Below, piece by piece: positions 1-9,281 of a DNA stretch of 64,000 nt (its first letter is position 1; the number at the start of each line of letters is the position of its first letter). The stretch is from Rhizobacter sp. (GTDB lineage Bacteria > Pseudomonadota > Gammaproteobacteria > Burkholderiales > Burkholderiaceae_C), in the NCBI GenBank assembly GCA_025355745.1, contig JANXZA010000072.1:12850-76849 (forward strand), given 5' to 3'. A program made the translations under genes and the position numbers. The notes under the pieces were generated by a model, which worked only from the letters and a program-made list of their open reading frames with translations, had not been told where the DNA came from and did no database searches.

Positions 1-822
1 GAGGTGAGAAGGAGGGCGCGCGGAACCACGCACTTCACTCAGGATGCGCCGCGCGCGCAGGATCACCGGCGTGTCGATCATCTTGCCGTCGAGTGCCACG
101 GCCGCGCCCTGGCTGGCTGCGGCCGCCGCGACCACGCGCTCGGCCCAATCGACTTCGGCAGCGCTCGGGCTGAAGCTGGCGTTCACCACGCCGACCTGCT
201 TCGGGTGGATGCAGAGCTTGGCGCCGAAGCCCAGGCGGCGCGCGCGCTGCGCTTCGGACTCGACTTCGGCAAGGTCGTCGATCGACGTGCTCGGGCTGTC
301 GATCGGTGCGGCCAGGTTCGCGAGCTTCGAGCCGAGCACGAACTGCGAGCGGAAGAACAGCAGCTCGTCGAAGTTCGCGCGCAGGTTCAGGTCGAGCTGG
401 AAGTCGATCGCGCCGAAGGCCAGGCGCTGCACGTTCGGTGCCGCCGCGATGGCGCGCAACGCGTCGAAGCCGGCGGCCGATTCGATCAGCGGGATCAGCG
501 GCAGGTCGTGGCCGATCGCCGCGAGGTCGGCCACGCGCTCGGACTTGGCGAGCATCACCGCAGCCACGCCGGCGCTGCGGCACAGCGCCACGTCGTCCGC
601 GAACCACGGCGTGTCGGCGGCGTTGATGCGCACTGCCACCGGCCGGGCCGCGCTGAGCCACGCGCCAACCAACGCACGGGCCGCGTCCTTCTGGTCCGGC
701 GGCACCGCGTCTTCGAGATCGACGATCACCGCATCGGCGCCGCTGGCCAGCGCCTTGTCGAAGCGCTCGGGCCGGTTGCCGGGCACGAAGAGGTAAGACC
801 GAGGGAGCGCGCTCGGGCTCAT
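1..822 (-). CDS. CitE/HpcH family CoA ester lyase (citramalyl-CoA lyase-like), C-terminus runs off the window
   Basis: Not in the ORF track. Manual translation from ATG at 822 gives MSPSALPRSYLFVPGNRPERFDKA, and near position 1 GAAVALDGKMIDTPVILRARRIL; both are typical of CitE-family lyases. No stop before base 1. Confidence 0.88.
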   Translation of the reverse strand, partial: MSPSALPRSYLFVPGNRPERFDKALASGADAVIVDLEDAVPPDQKDAARALVGAWLSAARPVAVRINAADTPWFADDVALCRSAGVAAVMLAKSERVADLAAIGHDLPLIPLIESAAGFDALRAIAAAPNVQRLAFGAIDFQLDLNLRANFDELLFFRSQFVLGSKLANLAAPIDSPSTSIDDLAEVESEAQRARRLGFGAKLCIHPKQVGVVNASFSPSAAEVDWAERVVAAAAASQGAAVALDGKMIDTPVILRARRILSEVRGSARPPSHL

Positions 823-826
823 CGCA

Positions 827-2233
827 TCAACCCAGGAAGCGGGTGACGACCTTCGCGTCGGCCAGCGCCCAGGTGCGCGCGATCACGGCCTGCATCTCGG
901 CGCGCGTGGCGCCGTCGCGATAGAGCGCGAGCTGGATTGCCTTGGCTTCGAGTTCGGCGCGGCTCAACGTGTTGCCCGGGTCGCCCTTCGGTTCCAGCAC
1001 CTTGCCCTCGAGCTGGCGGCCATCGGCGGTCTCGACGACGACCTTGCCGATCCAGCGCGCCGGGTAGGCGCTGTCGACTTCGGCGTCGAGCCGCATCACG
1101 GTCTTGTCGTGCACAGCGCGAACGGCGGCGTCGCGGAAGTTGGCATCGAACTCGGCCAGCCCGGCGCGGCCGAAGACCGCGATCAGGCCGAGCACCGTGC
1201 CCATCGAGAACTTCGCCTGGTGCACCGTCTGCGGGTCGGTGACCGGGCCGAGCACATCGATCGCGGCCTGGTGCACTAACGCGGTGATTGAGCGGATGTC
1301 GCTCGCTGCCAGTTGATGCGCGGTCATCACTTGCGCCAGCGCATCGGCGGCCGGGTGCGTGTGGCGGCAGGCGGCGTGGAACTTGAACGAGGTTTCGATG
1401 AGCGCCCAGCGCGTTCCCAGGCCGTTGCTGAGCTTGCGCGGATCGGCATCGCTCGACATGCCGGCCGCCAGCCCTTGCGCGCCATCGAGGATGCGCTGCG
1501 CGCCGGTAAAGCCGTCCTTCGCGAGGTAGGCGGCGGTCAGGCCGGCGCCGGCCGCGTGCGCGGTGTGCAACTGCTTCGAGTCGGCCGCGTCGCGCAGGAA
1601 CTCCCACAGGCCGGCCGACTGGGTGCCAGCCGAGCCGAAGGCATGGCGCATCTGCGCGGCTTCGAGCCCGAGCAGGCGCCCGACGGCGGCCGCGGCGGCG
1701 AAGGTGCCGGCCGTGCCGGTGGTGTGAAAGATGCGGTAGTGGGATCGACCAAGGAACTCGCCGACGCGGATGCCGACCTCGTAGCCCGCCACGCTCGCCG
1801 CGATCAGCTCGCGCCCGGACGCACCGAGCGCCTGCGCGACCGCGAGCGCGGCCGGGAACACCACCGTGGCCGGGTGGAACACCGAGCCGTTGTGCACGTC
1901 GTCCTGCTCAGCCACATGCGAGGCGGCGGCGTTTGCGGTGGCTGCGACCAGCGGGCTGCTGTTGCGGCGGTGGATCAGCACTTCGCTCTGACCGGCGCGC
2001 TGACTTTCATCCTGCTCGCTCGGCCCCATTGCCTCCATGAAGCGCGTGATGGCCTCGACCGGCCTGGCGCCCTTGCCGGCCAGCGCCGAGCCGAACCAGT
2101 CGAGGAACAGGTCTTCGGTGCGGCGCACGACCGCGTCGGGCAAGTCCGCGAACTGCAGGCCGGCAGCGAAGTCGACGAGGCGACCGGTCGGGTCTTGCAG
2201 GGCTTCTGAATCGGCTGGATCAGGGTTGCTCAT
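827..2233 (-). CDS. MmgE/PrpD family protein
   Basis: Motifs ASHVAEQDDVHNGSVFHPA, FHTTGTAG, KFHAACRHTHPA and PKGDPGN. Start moved to ATG 2233, which follows a GAAGGAG RBS. Confidence 0.9.
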   Translation of the reverse strand: MSNPDPADSEALQDPTGRLVDFAAGLQFADLPDAVVRRTEDLFLDWFGSALAGKGARPVEAITRFMEAMGPSEQDESQRAGQSEVLIHRRNSSPLVAATANAAASHVAEQDDVHNGSVFHPATVVFPAALAVAQALGASGRELIAASVAGYEVGIRVGEFLGRSHYRIFHTTGTAGTFAAAAAVGRLLGLEAAQMRHAFGSAGTQSAGLWEFLRDAADSKQLHTAHAAGAGLTAAYLAKDGFTGAQRILDGAQGLAAGMSSDADPRKLSNGLGTRWALIETSFKFHAACRHTHPAADALAQVMTAHQLAASDIRSITALVHQAAIDVLGPVTDPQTVHQAKFSMGTVLGLIAVFGRAGLAEFDANFRDAAVRAVHDKTVMRLDAEVDSAYPARWIGKVVVETADGRQLEGKVLEPKGDPGNTLSRAELEAKAIQLALYRDGATRAEMQAVIARTWALADAKVVTRFLG

Positions 2234-2246
2234 CGCGTGGTCTCCT

Positions 2247-3437
2247 TCAAACGGCCGCATCGGCGTGCAGGCGCGCAATCTCGTCGGCGCCGTACCCCAG
2301 CTCGGCGAGGATCGCATCGGCATGCTGGCCGAGCGCCGGCACCGCGTCCATGCGGGCCTCGAAACTGTCGGGCATGCCGGGTGGGCGCAGCGCCGGCACC
2401 GGGCCGGCGGGCGTGTCGATCTGCACCCAGCGGTCGCGCGCCTTCAGTTGCGGGTGCGCCCAGACGTCGCTCATGGTGTTGACGCTGGCGTTCGCGATCT
2501 GCGCGCCATCGAGGCGCGCCACCAGCGCATCGAGGGTCAGGCTGGCGAAGGCGGCGGTGATGAGGGCTTTCAGCTGCGGCTTTGCGGCGACGCGTTTGGC
2601 GTTCGCGTTGAAGCGCTCGTCGCTCGCCAGGGCCGGCTGCAGCAGCACTTCGGCACAGAAGCGTTGCCACTCGCGTTCGTTCTGCAGGCCCAGCATCACG
2701 CTGCGGCCGTCGCCGGCCGTGAACGGGCCGTACGGGTAGATCGTGGCGTGGGCGGCGCCGGCGCGCGGTGGCGGCGCAGCGCCGTCGAACGCGTAGTAGA
2801 GCGGGTAGCTCATCCACTCGACCATGCTCTCGAGCATCGACACATCAATGCGGCAGCCCAGGCCGGTCTTGCCGCGTTGCATCAGCGCGGCCAGTATGTT
2901 CGAGTAGGCGTACATGCCGGCCGCGATATCGGCAATCGAGCAGCCTGCCTTGGCTGGCTCATCGGCTGAGCCGGTGATCGACAGGAAGCCGGCCTCGCTC
3001 TGGATCAGCAGGTCGTAGGCCTTCTTGTCGCGGTACGGGCCGGGCGCAGCCGGGTCGTCGCCATAGCCCGAGATGTCGCAGACGATGAGCTTCGGGTGCG
3101 CGGCGGCCAGCGCCTCGTACGACAAGCCCAGGCGCGCCGCCGCGCCGGGCGCGAGGTTCTGCACCAGCACATCGGCGTTCGCCAGCAGGCGCGCCAGCAC
3201 CTCGGGCGCGGCGGCGTGTTTCAGGTCGAGCGTCAGGCTCTCCTTCGAGCGATTGGTCCAGACGAAGTGCGACGCCAGGCCATGCACCCGCGTGTCGTAG
3301 GCGCGCGCGAAATCGCCGACACCGGGCCGCTCGACCTTGATGACGCGCGCGCCCAGGTCGGCCAGCTGACGGGTGCAGAACGGCGCGGCAATCGCATGTT
3401 CGAGCGTGACGACGGTGATGCCTTCAAGAGGGCGCAT
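2247..3437 (-). CDS. CaiB/BaiF class III CoA-transferase (itaconate CoA-transferase-like)
   Basis: RPLEGITVVTLEHAIAAPFCTRQLADLGARVIKVERPGVGDFAR, NRSKESLTLDLK, AYDLLIQ. Confidence 0.93.
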   Translation of the reverse strand: MRPLEGITVVTLEHAIAAPFCTRQLADLGARVIKVERPGVGDFARAYDTRVHGLASHFVWTNRSKESLTLDLKHAAAPEVLARLLANADVLVQNLAPGAAARLGLSYEALAAAHPKLIVCDISGYGDDPAAPGPYRDKKAYDLLIQSEAGFLSITGSADEPAKAGCSIADIAAGMYAYSNILAALMQRGKTGLGCRIDVSMLESMVEWMSYPLYYAFDGAAPPPRAGAAHATIYPYGPFTAGDGRSVMLGLQNEREWQRFCAEVLLQPALASDERFNANAKRVAAKPQLKALITAAFASLTLDALVARLDGAQIANASVNTMSDVWAHPQLKARDRWVQIDTPAGPVPALRPPGMPDSFEARMDAVPALGQHADAILAELGYGADEIARLHADAAV

Positions 3438-3503
3438 GTCTCGCTTTCAGGGGACTGAGTTTTTCGGGGCGCTCTTTGTCGCAAATCTTTCTTTTTCCCG
3501 AAG

Positions 3504-4676
3504 TTAGAACGACCTCGGCAAGCCCAGCACATGCTCGGCCACGTACGACAAGATCAGGTTGGTCGAGATCGGCGCCACCTGGTACAGCCGGGTCTCGCGG
3601 AACTTGCGCTCGACGTCGTATTCGTCGGCGAAACCAAAGCCGCCGTGGAACTGGATGCAGGCGTTCGCGGCCTCCCAGCTCGCCTTCGCGGCCAGGTACT
3701 TCGCCATGTTGGCTTGCGCGCCGCAAGGCTCGCGCGCATCGAACAAGCGGCACGCCTCCCAACGCATCAGGTCGGCGGCCTCGACCTCGATGTGGCTCTC
3801 GGCGATCGGGAACTGCACGCCCTGGTTCTGGCCGATCGGGCGGCCGAAGACGACGCGCTCGTTCGCGTACTTCGTCACCCGGTCGATGAACCAGCGGCCG
3901 TCGCCGATGCACTCGGCGGCGATCAGGGTGCGCTCGGCGTTCAGGCCGTCGAGGATGTACTTGAAACCCTGGCCTTCCTGGCCGATCAGGTTCCCGGCCG
4001 GAATCTCCAGGTTCTCGAAGAACAGCTCGTTGGTCTCGTGATTCACCATGTTCGGGATCGGCCGCACCGTCATGCCGGTGCGCTCGGCCAGGCGCAGATC
4101 GACCATGAAGATCGACATGCCTTCGCTCTTCTTCTTCACCTCGGCAAGCGCCGTGGTGCGGGCCAGCAGGATCATCCAGTCGGAGTGCTGGACGCGCGAG
4201 ATCCAGACCTTCTGGCCGTTCACCACATAGCGGTCGCCGCTGGCGCTGCGCACGGCGGTGGTCTTGATCTTGGTCGTGTCGGTGCCGGTGCTCGGCTCGG
4301 TCACGCCCATCGACTGGAGCCGCCATTCGCCGCTGGCGATGCGCGGCAGGTAGTGCTGCTTCTGCGCATCCGAGCCGTGGCGCAGCAAGGTGCCCATGTT
4401 GTACATCTGGCCGTGGCAGGCACCGGCGTTGCCGCCGCAGCGGTTGATCTCTTCCATCACGACGCTGGCCTCGGCCAGGCCCAGGCCCGAACCGCCGTAC
4501 TCGGTGGGGATCATCGCGGCCAGCCAGCCGGCCTTCGTCAACGCATCGACGAAGGCCACGGGGTAGCCGCGGGCGGCGTCGATCTTGCGGTGATACGCAT
4601 CGGGGAAATCGGCGCACAGGGCGCGCACGGCGTCGCGGATGTCTTGGTACGGGTCGGTGGGGGTGGTGGTCTTCAT
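3504..4676 (-). CDS. Acyl-CoA dehydrogenase (methylsuccinyl-CoA dehydrogenase-like by context)
   Basis: VTEPSTGTD, NGQKVWIS, LNAERTLIAAE, FGRPIGQNQGVQF, QFHGGFGFADEYDVER. Confidence 0.93.
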   Translation of the reverse strand: MKTTTPTDPYQDIRDAVRALCADFPDAYHRKIDAARGYPVAFVDALTKAGWLAAMIPTEYGGSGLGLAEASVVMEEINRCGGNAGACHGQMYNMGTLLRHGSDAQKQHYLPRIASGEWRLQSMGVTEPSTGTDTTKIKTTAVRSASGDRYVVNGQKVWISRVQHSDWMILLARTTALAEVKKKSEGMSIFMVDLRLAERTGMTVRPIPNMVNHETNELFFENLEIPAGNLIGQEGQGFKYILDGLNAERTLIAAECIGDGRWFIDRVTKYANERVVFGRPIGQNQGVQFPIAESHIEVEAADLMRWEACRLFDAREPCGAQANMAKYLAAKASWEAANACIQFHGGFGFADEYDVERKFRETRLYQVAPISTNLILSYVAEHVLGLPRSF

Positions 4677-4700
4677 GACGCGAATTCTGTGGGATCGGGG

Positions 4701-5588
4701 TCAGGCCAGCTCGGCGCGTGCCTGCATCGCCAGCGCGCCTTCAGGGTTGCAGGCCCACAAGGCGACGCCACCGCCGGCCTCGGTCGCCTCAAGCCGGCCG
4801 CACAGCGTGAACGGGTGGGTGTCGAACAAGGGGCTCGCGGCCTTGAACTCGAAGGCGCGGATGCGCGCCGCCGGCAGCTCGCGGCGCACCAGGTCGATCA
4901 GCAAGGTGGCGATCAGCGGGCCGTGCACGATCAGGCCGGGATAGCCTTCCACCTCGGTTGCATACGGGCGGTCGTAGTGGATGCGGTGGCCGTTGAAGGT
5001 GAGTGCCGAATAGCGAAACAGCAGGACCGGGTCGGGTGTGATGCGGCGGCTGAAGCCGGCATCGGTCGGGGCCTGCAACGGCGCAGGAACCACTGCGTCC
5101 GCGACTTTCGAGCCCACGGGGTGGTCGCGGTAGACGATGTCGTGCTCCTCGGTCAGCGCCAGGCCGGCGGCGCTGGTGATCTCGTGGCGCACCGTGACGA
5201 AGACGAGCGCGCCGCTGCGGCCGGTCTTCGCATCGACCTTGGTGATGGTCGACGTGCGCAGCATCTCGTCGCCGACGTTCAGGGCGTGGTGGAACGTCAG
5301 CCTGCCGCCTGCCCACATGCGGCGCGGCAGCGCCACCGGCGGCAGGAAGCCGCCGCGCTGGGCGTGGCCGTCGGCGCCGATCTCGCTCTGGCGCGCGACG
5401 GGCAGGAAGAACAGCCAGTGCGCCAGCGGCTCCATCGGCGTGCCGGGAAGGGGCTCGGCATCGGCCCGGTCCAGCGTGGCCGCAAGACCGGCCAGCGGCG
5501 CGGCGGTGACGGTATCGACGCGCCGCTCGCTGCGGCCGACCCACTCGCGCAAGTGGTCGAACGAGGTGGCAGTGGGCAAGGTGATCAT
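4701..5588 (-). CDS. Double-hotdog MaoC/HTD2-type hydratase (itaconyl-CoA / mesaconyl-C4-CoA hydratase-like)
   Basis: DGHAQRGGFLPPVALPRRMWAGG, LFRYSALTFNGHRIHYD, GYPGLIVHGPL. Confidence 0.88.
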   Translation of the reverse strand: MITLPTATSFDHLREWVGRSERRVDTVTAAPLAGLAATLDRADAEPLPGTPMEPLAHWLFFLPVARQSEIGADGHAQRGGFLPPVALPRRMWAGGRLTFHHALNVGDEMLRTSTITKVDAKTGRSGALVFVTVRHEITSAAGLALTEEHDIVYRDHPVGSKVADAVVPAPLQAPTDAGFSRRITPDPVLLFRYSALTFNGHRIHYDRPYATEVEGYPGLIVHGPLIATLLIDLVRRELPAARIRAFEFKAASPLFDTHPFTLCGRLEATEAGGGVALWACNPEGALAMQARAELA

Positions 5589-5616
5589 GACGCGAGCTTG
5601 CCCGGTCGAACCCGAG

Positions 5617-5660
5617 CCGGCAATTCGCGATTCATGAACCCGCTCTTCGGTGCGTGCGAA
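5617..5660. promoter_or_regulatory. Putative LysR double box (two TTCG-N7-[C/T]GAA sites) overlapping a candidate leftward -35 (TTGCCG)
   Basis: TTCGCGATTCATGAA (5624-5638) and TTCGGTGCGTGCGAA (5646-5660) both fit T-N11-A and lie between the divergent hydratase and LysR genes. 30/43 nt match 19874-19916. Confidence 0.55.
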
Positions 5661-5687
5661 CGGGCGCTGCGGCGGGTTGGAAATTCG

Positions 5688-5798
5688 AACTCACGCACCG
5701 CCGAGGCATGGAGTACGCAGAGTTGCGCAGAGTGAATTCAAAAAAAGTTTCTTGCTCTGCGGTCCTCTGCGTACTCCGCGCCTCTGCGGTGGTGAGTT
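5688..5798. repeat. ~110-bp long palindromic element, family A (AACTCAC...GTGAGTT), copy 1
   Basis: Arms CACCGCCGAGGC..GCAGAG and CTCTGC..GCCTCTGCGGTG flank an AT-rich loop; the same termini occur at 6822 and 21058. Confidence 0.85.
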
Positions 5799-5869
5799 GG
5801 CTCTCGGCACAGGGATCACCTACGCCACGCATAGACTCACGGCCTTGCAGCGAGGAGCCCCCGGACCCC

Positions 5870-6781
5870 ATGGCGATGCACTTCGATCTGGTCGACCTGC
5901 GCCTGCTGGTGCGGGTCGCCGAGGCCAATAGCCTGACGCGTGGCGCCGAGCTGGTGCACATGGCCGTGCCGACTGCCAGCACGCGCGTCAAGAACATCGA
6001 AGACAGCATCGGCACCAAGCTGTTCTACCGCACCAGCCAGGGCGTGACGCTGACGCCGCCGGGCCAGGCCTTCGTGCACCACGCGCGCCTGGTGCTGGCG
6101 CAGCTCGAACACCTGAGCGGCGATTTGCAGGAGTACGCGAAGGGCATCAAGGGCCACCTGCGGGTCTTCGCCAACACCACCGCGCTGGGCGAGTTTCTGC
6201 CGCCGGTGTTGCGCACCTATCTGCTGACCCACCCGGACGTGAACATCGACCTGCGCGAGCGCCTCAGCCACGACATCGTGCGCGCCGTGTCCGAGGGCCA
6301 GACCGACATCGGCATCGTCGCCGGCACGGTCCGCACCGAGAACCTCGAAGTAATCCCGTACCGCCGCGACCGGCTCGTGCTGGTGGTGCCGAGCGGGCAC
6401 GCGATGGCCGGGCTGGCGTCGGTCGACTTTGCCGACACGCTGGCGCTGGACCACATCGGCCTGCACGAGGCGAGCGCGATCCACGCCTTCCTGCGCCAGA
6501 TCTGCCACGGCCTGCACCGCAGCCTGCGGCTGCGCATCCAGGTCGGCAACTTCGAAGCCGCCTGCCGCATGATCGAAGCGACCGTGGGCGTGGGCGTGCT
6601 GCCCGAATCCGCAGCGCGCCGCCATGCGCAGACGATGGCGATCCGGATCGTGCCGTTGCGCGATGAGTGGTCGGACCGCGCGATGCACATCTGCGTGCGC
6701 AGCCTGCAGGCGCTGCCGGCGTTTGCCCGCGATCTGGTCGCGCTGCTGGTGGAAGACGCGAAGGCCGCGCCTGCCGATTGA
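5870..6781 (+). CDS. LysR family transcriptional regulator
   Basis: MHFDLVDLRLLVRVAEANSLTRGAELVHMAVPTASTRVKNIEDSIGTKLFYR (HTH) plus substrate-binding domain. GAGGAG RBS precedes ATG 5870 (alternative 5876). Confidence 0.95.
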   Translation: MAMHFDLVDLRLLVRVAEANSLTRGAELVHMAVPTASTRVKNIEDSIGTKLFYRTSQGVTLTPPGQAFVHHARLVLAQLEHLSGDLQEYAKGIKGHLRVFANTTALGEFLPPVLRTYLLTHPDVNIDLRERLSHDIVRAVSEGQTDIGIVAGTVRTENLEVIPYRRDRLVLVVPSGHAMAGLASVDFADTLALDHIGLHEASAIHAFLRQICHGLHRSLRLRIQVGNFEAACRMIEATVGVGVLPESAARRHAQTMAIRIVPLRDEWSDRAMHICVRSLQALPAFARDLVALLVEDAKAAPAD

Positions 6782-6821
6782 TCGCGCGGCGTGCCGTCGC
6801 CGTGCCTTCAAAAACAAGAGC

Positions 6822-6924
6822 CAACTCACACACCGCAGAGGCGCAGAGAACGCAGAGGCCCGCAGAGTGAATTCATCAAGAATGACTTCTCTGCGTTCTC
6901 TGCGTTCTCTGCGTTGGTGAGTTG
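6822..6924. repeat. Family A palindromic element, copy 2, followed by a GAGTT microsatellite
   Basis: CAACTCACACACCGCAGAGGCGCAGAG...CTCTGCGTTCTCTGCGTTGGTGAGTTG, located between convergent genes. Confidence 0.85.
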
Positions 6925-6950
6925 AATTGAGTTGAGTTGAGTTCGAACTC

Positions 6951-8780
6951 TCAAGCAACCTTGCGCGGCGCAGTGGAAAACTCCATCTTGTACGCCAGCC
7001 ACCAGATCACGAACACGCCGAGCGTCCACCAGATGATCTGCCAGGCCCAGAGCGACGGAATGCCGAGCTTCCACGCGGCAATGCCCGCGCCGGGCGCACC
7101 GAAGAGGTCGTTGCCGAGCACGGCGCCAGGGCCGATCGCGAAGAACATCCAGCCCAGCATCAGGGCCCAGACCGCTGGCCGCATTGCCTGCTTGGACGCC
7201 GGCAGCCCGGCGCGTTCGCGCAGGTAGCGGTGGAAGCCGTCGCGGTGGCGCCGGCCCGCACCGCCGCGCGTGGCCAGCGAGACCACGGCGCAGGTCAGCA
7301 GGTTGCAGAAGATGCCCCAGCCGGCGGAGTGGATCGTCCAAGGCCAGCGGCCCCAGGGCAGCTCGAAGCCGAAGAAGTGCGCGACCGCCGCACCGACCGG
7401 CTCGGTCAACAGCACCGCGACCAGGCCGACGCACAGGCCCAGCGTGGCCGCTGGACGCGACACCCACGGCAGCCAGCACACGCCCGCCAGCACTGGCCAC
7501 AACTGCAGCGCGAAGGCCAGCGCCAGGCCGCCGAGGCGCACCTGCGCCACCGGCGTGAAGGTGGCCATCAGCAGCGCGGCGATGAAGATCAGCGCCATCG
7601 TGGCGCGGGCGATGCGGCGCTGCGCACGGTCGTCGGCGGCTGGGCGAAAAAAGCGCTTCCAGACATCGAGCGTGACCATCGTCGCCGTGGTCGAGACACA
7701 GCCCGCAGCCGCCATCTGCACCGCCGCGATGACGCCGATCGCCAGCAGGGCCGACAGCCAGGGTTGGCGCGGCGCCAGCGCCAGGAGGGCGGCGGTGGTG
7801 GCGTCCACCGGGGGCGCGTCGGGCCGCAGCAGCCCCCCCAGGCCATAGGCGGTGGCGAAGAACAACAACACCAGCCCGACGATGGCGCCCGTCGCCCACA
7901 CCTGCTGCGCCGCGAAGCCCCGCGTGTCGCGGCAACTGAAGCCGAGCATGCTGAACGAGGGCGAGGCCTGCAGGCCCATCAGTGCGAACGAATAGGTCAG
8001 GATCATCGCTGCGGTCCAGAGGCCGCCGGCCGGCGCCTGCTTGCCCAGGCCGGCGGTGAACTGGATCACGCCGGGGATCTCGAACAGGCTTGGCGCCGCA
8101 GCCGGGCCAGGCGCGGCGAGCCGGGCCAGTGCGGCATTGAAGGCGCCGAAGCCACCGATTTGCGCGTAGGCCAGGCAACCCAGGCCGACCATGCCGGCCA
8201 GCAACAGCAGGCATTGCAGCGCCGCCATGGAAGCAACGCCGCGCAGGCCGCCGAGGAAGGCGCAGACGAAGATGGCGAAGCCCAGCACCCACATCGCAGG
8301 AATGGCACCGACCGCGCCGTGCGTCAGGGTCTGGAGCAACTGGCCGCCGGCGGCGAGTTGCAGGCCGACGAACGGAATCGCGAAGACCAGCGCGATCAGC
8401 ACCGTCAACAGGCGGATCAGTTCACCCTGGTAGTAGTCGGCGAACATCGCGCCGGGCGTCGTGTAGCCGAAGCGCTGGCCGAGCAGCCATTGGCGCTTCA
8501 GGAACAGGATGCCGGCGAGCGGAATGACGATGGCCGCCAGCGCGACTTCACCGTAGGCGAAGCCGCCGAGTTGCAGCAGCGACGGGTGGCCGAGCACGAT
8601 CCAGCCGCTCAGCGACAGCGCCGTGGCCGACAGCACGAAAACCCAGGCCGGCGTTTGCCGGCCGGCCAGGAAAAAGTCGGCTGCGGTGCTTGATCTGCGG
8701 CCCGCCGCTACCGCCCAGTAGAGGCAGAAGGCGAGCAGCAAGGCGCCGAACGCGAGCAGCCAAACGACGTCTTGCGACAA
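6951..8780 (-). CDS. Sodium:solute symporter (SSS) family transporter
   Basis: About 13 hydrophobic segments; AADFFLAGRQTPAWV, ATALSLSGW, GYTTPGAMFADYY. TTG start after a GGAGA RBS. Confidence 0.88.
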   Translation of the reverse strand: MSQDVVWLLAFGALLLAFCLYWAVAAGRRSSTAADFFLAGRQTPAWVFVLSATALSLSGWIVLGHPSLLQLGGFAYGEVALAAIVIPLAGILFLKRQWLLGQRFGYTTPGAMFADYYQGELIRLLTVLIALVFAIPFVGLQLAAGGQLLQTLTHGAVGAIPAMWVLGFAIFVCAFLGGLRGVASMAALQCLLLLAGMVGLGCLAYAQIGGFGAFNAALARLAAPGPAAAPSLFEIPGVIQFTAGLGKQAPAGGLWTAAMILTYSFALMGLQASPSFSMLGFSCRDTRGFAAQQVWATGAIVGLVLLFFATAYGLGGLLRPDAPPVDATTAALLALAPRQPWLSALLAIGVIAAVQMAAAGCVSTTATMVTLDVWKRFFRPAADDRAQRRIARATMALIFIAALLMATFTPVAQVRLGGLALAFALQLWPVLAGVCWLPWVSRPAATLGLCVGLVAVLLTEPVGAAVAHFFGFELPWGRWPWTIHSAGWGIFCNLLTCAVVSLATRGGAGRRHRDGFHRYLRERAGLPASKQAMRPAVWALMLGWMFFAIGPGAVLGNDLFGAPGAGIAAWKLGIPSLWAWQIIWWTLGVFVIWWLAYKMEFSTAPRKVA

Positions 8781-8838
8781 GGATGTCTCCAGGTTGCGGT
8801 TCGGCAGGCCGGCGGGCGCGGTGGCGGGACGCGGCGAC

Positions 8839-9267
8839 CTAACGCTTGCGCACGCGGTCCAGCAGGTCGATCGAACCGCGCACGCCGTGGTGGGCCACCA
8901 GGTAGAACGCGAAGCAGGCGAACAGCAGGCTGAAGCCCGCCAGGCCGATCGCGATGTTCACGCTCTCGAAGTGCGGCAGGACCAGCCAGCTGAGCACAAA
9001 GCCGAGCACCGAGACGATGAAGGCGATAAAGCCCAGCGCGACCTCGCCTTTCGAGAAGCGGGTGCGAAACAGGTGGTTGATGACGACGTGGGCACCGAAC
9101 GCTGCGGCCAGCAGCGCGAAGCCGAACAGGCCGGCGAGCAGATCGGACGCGCTGAAGCCCGTCAGCGTGAAGCACAGGCCGAACGAGCCGAAGAATGCCC
9201 AGTTCGTCGTCACCGCGAGGCGGCGCTCGCCGAGCGGATCAGCCGTTCGAGGATCGTCCTGGTTCAT
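8839..9267 (-). CDS. Small 4-TM hypothetical membrane protein
   Basis: Four hydrophobic helices in 142 aa; starts 14 bp after the flotillin stop; coding-like codon usage. Confidence 0.75.
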   Translation of the reverse strand: MNQDDPRTADPLGERRLAVTTNWAFFGSFGLCFTLTGFSASDLLAGLFGFALLAAAFGAHVVINHLFRTRFSKGEVALGFIAFIVSVLGFVLSWLVLPHFESVNIAIGLAGFSLLFACFAFYLVAHHGVRGSIDLLDRVRKR

Positions 9268-9281
9268 CGCGTGCGCTCTCG

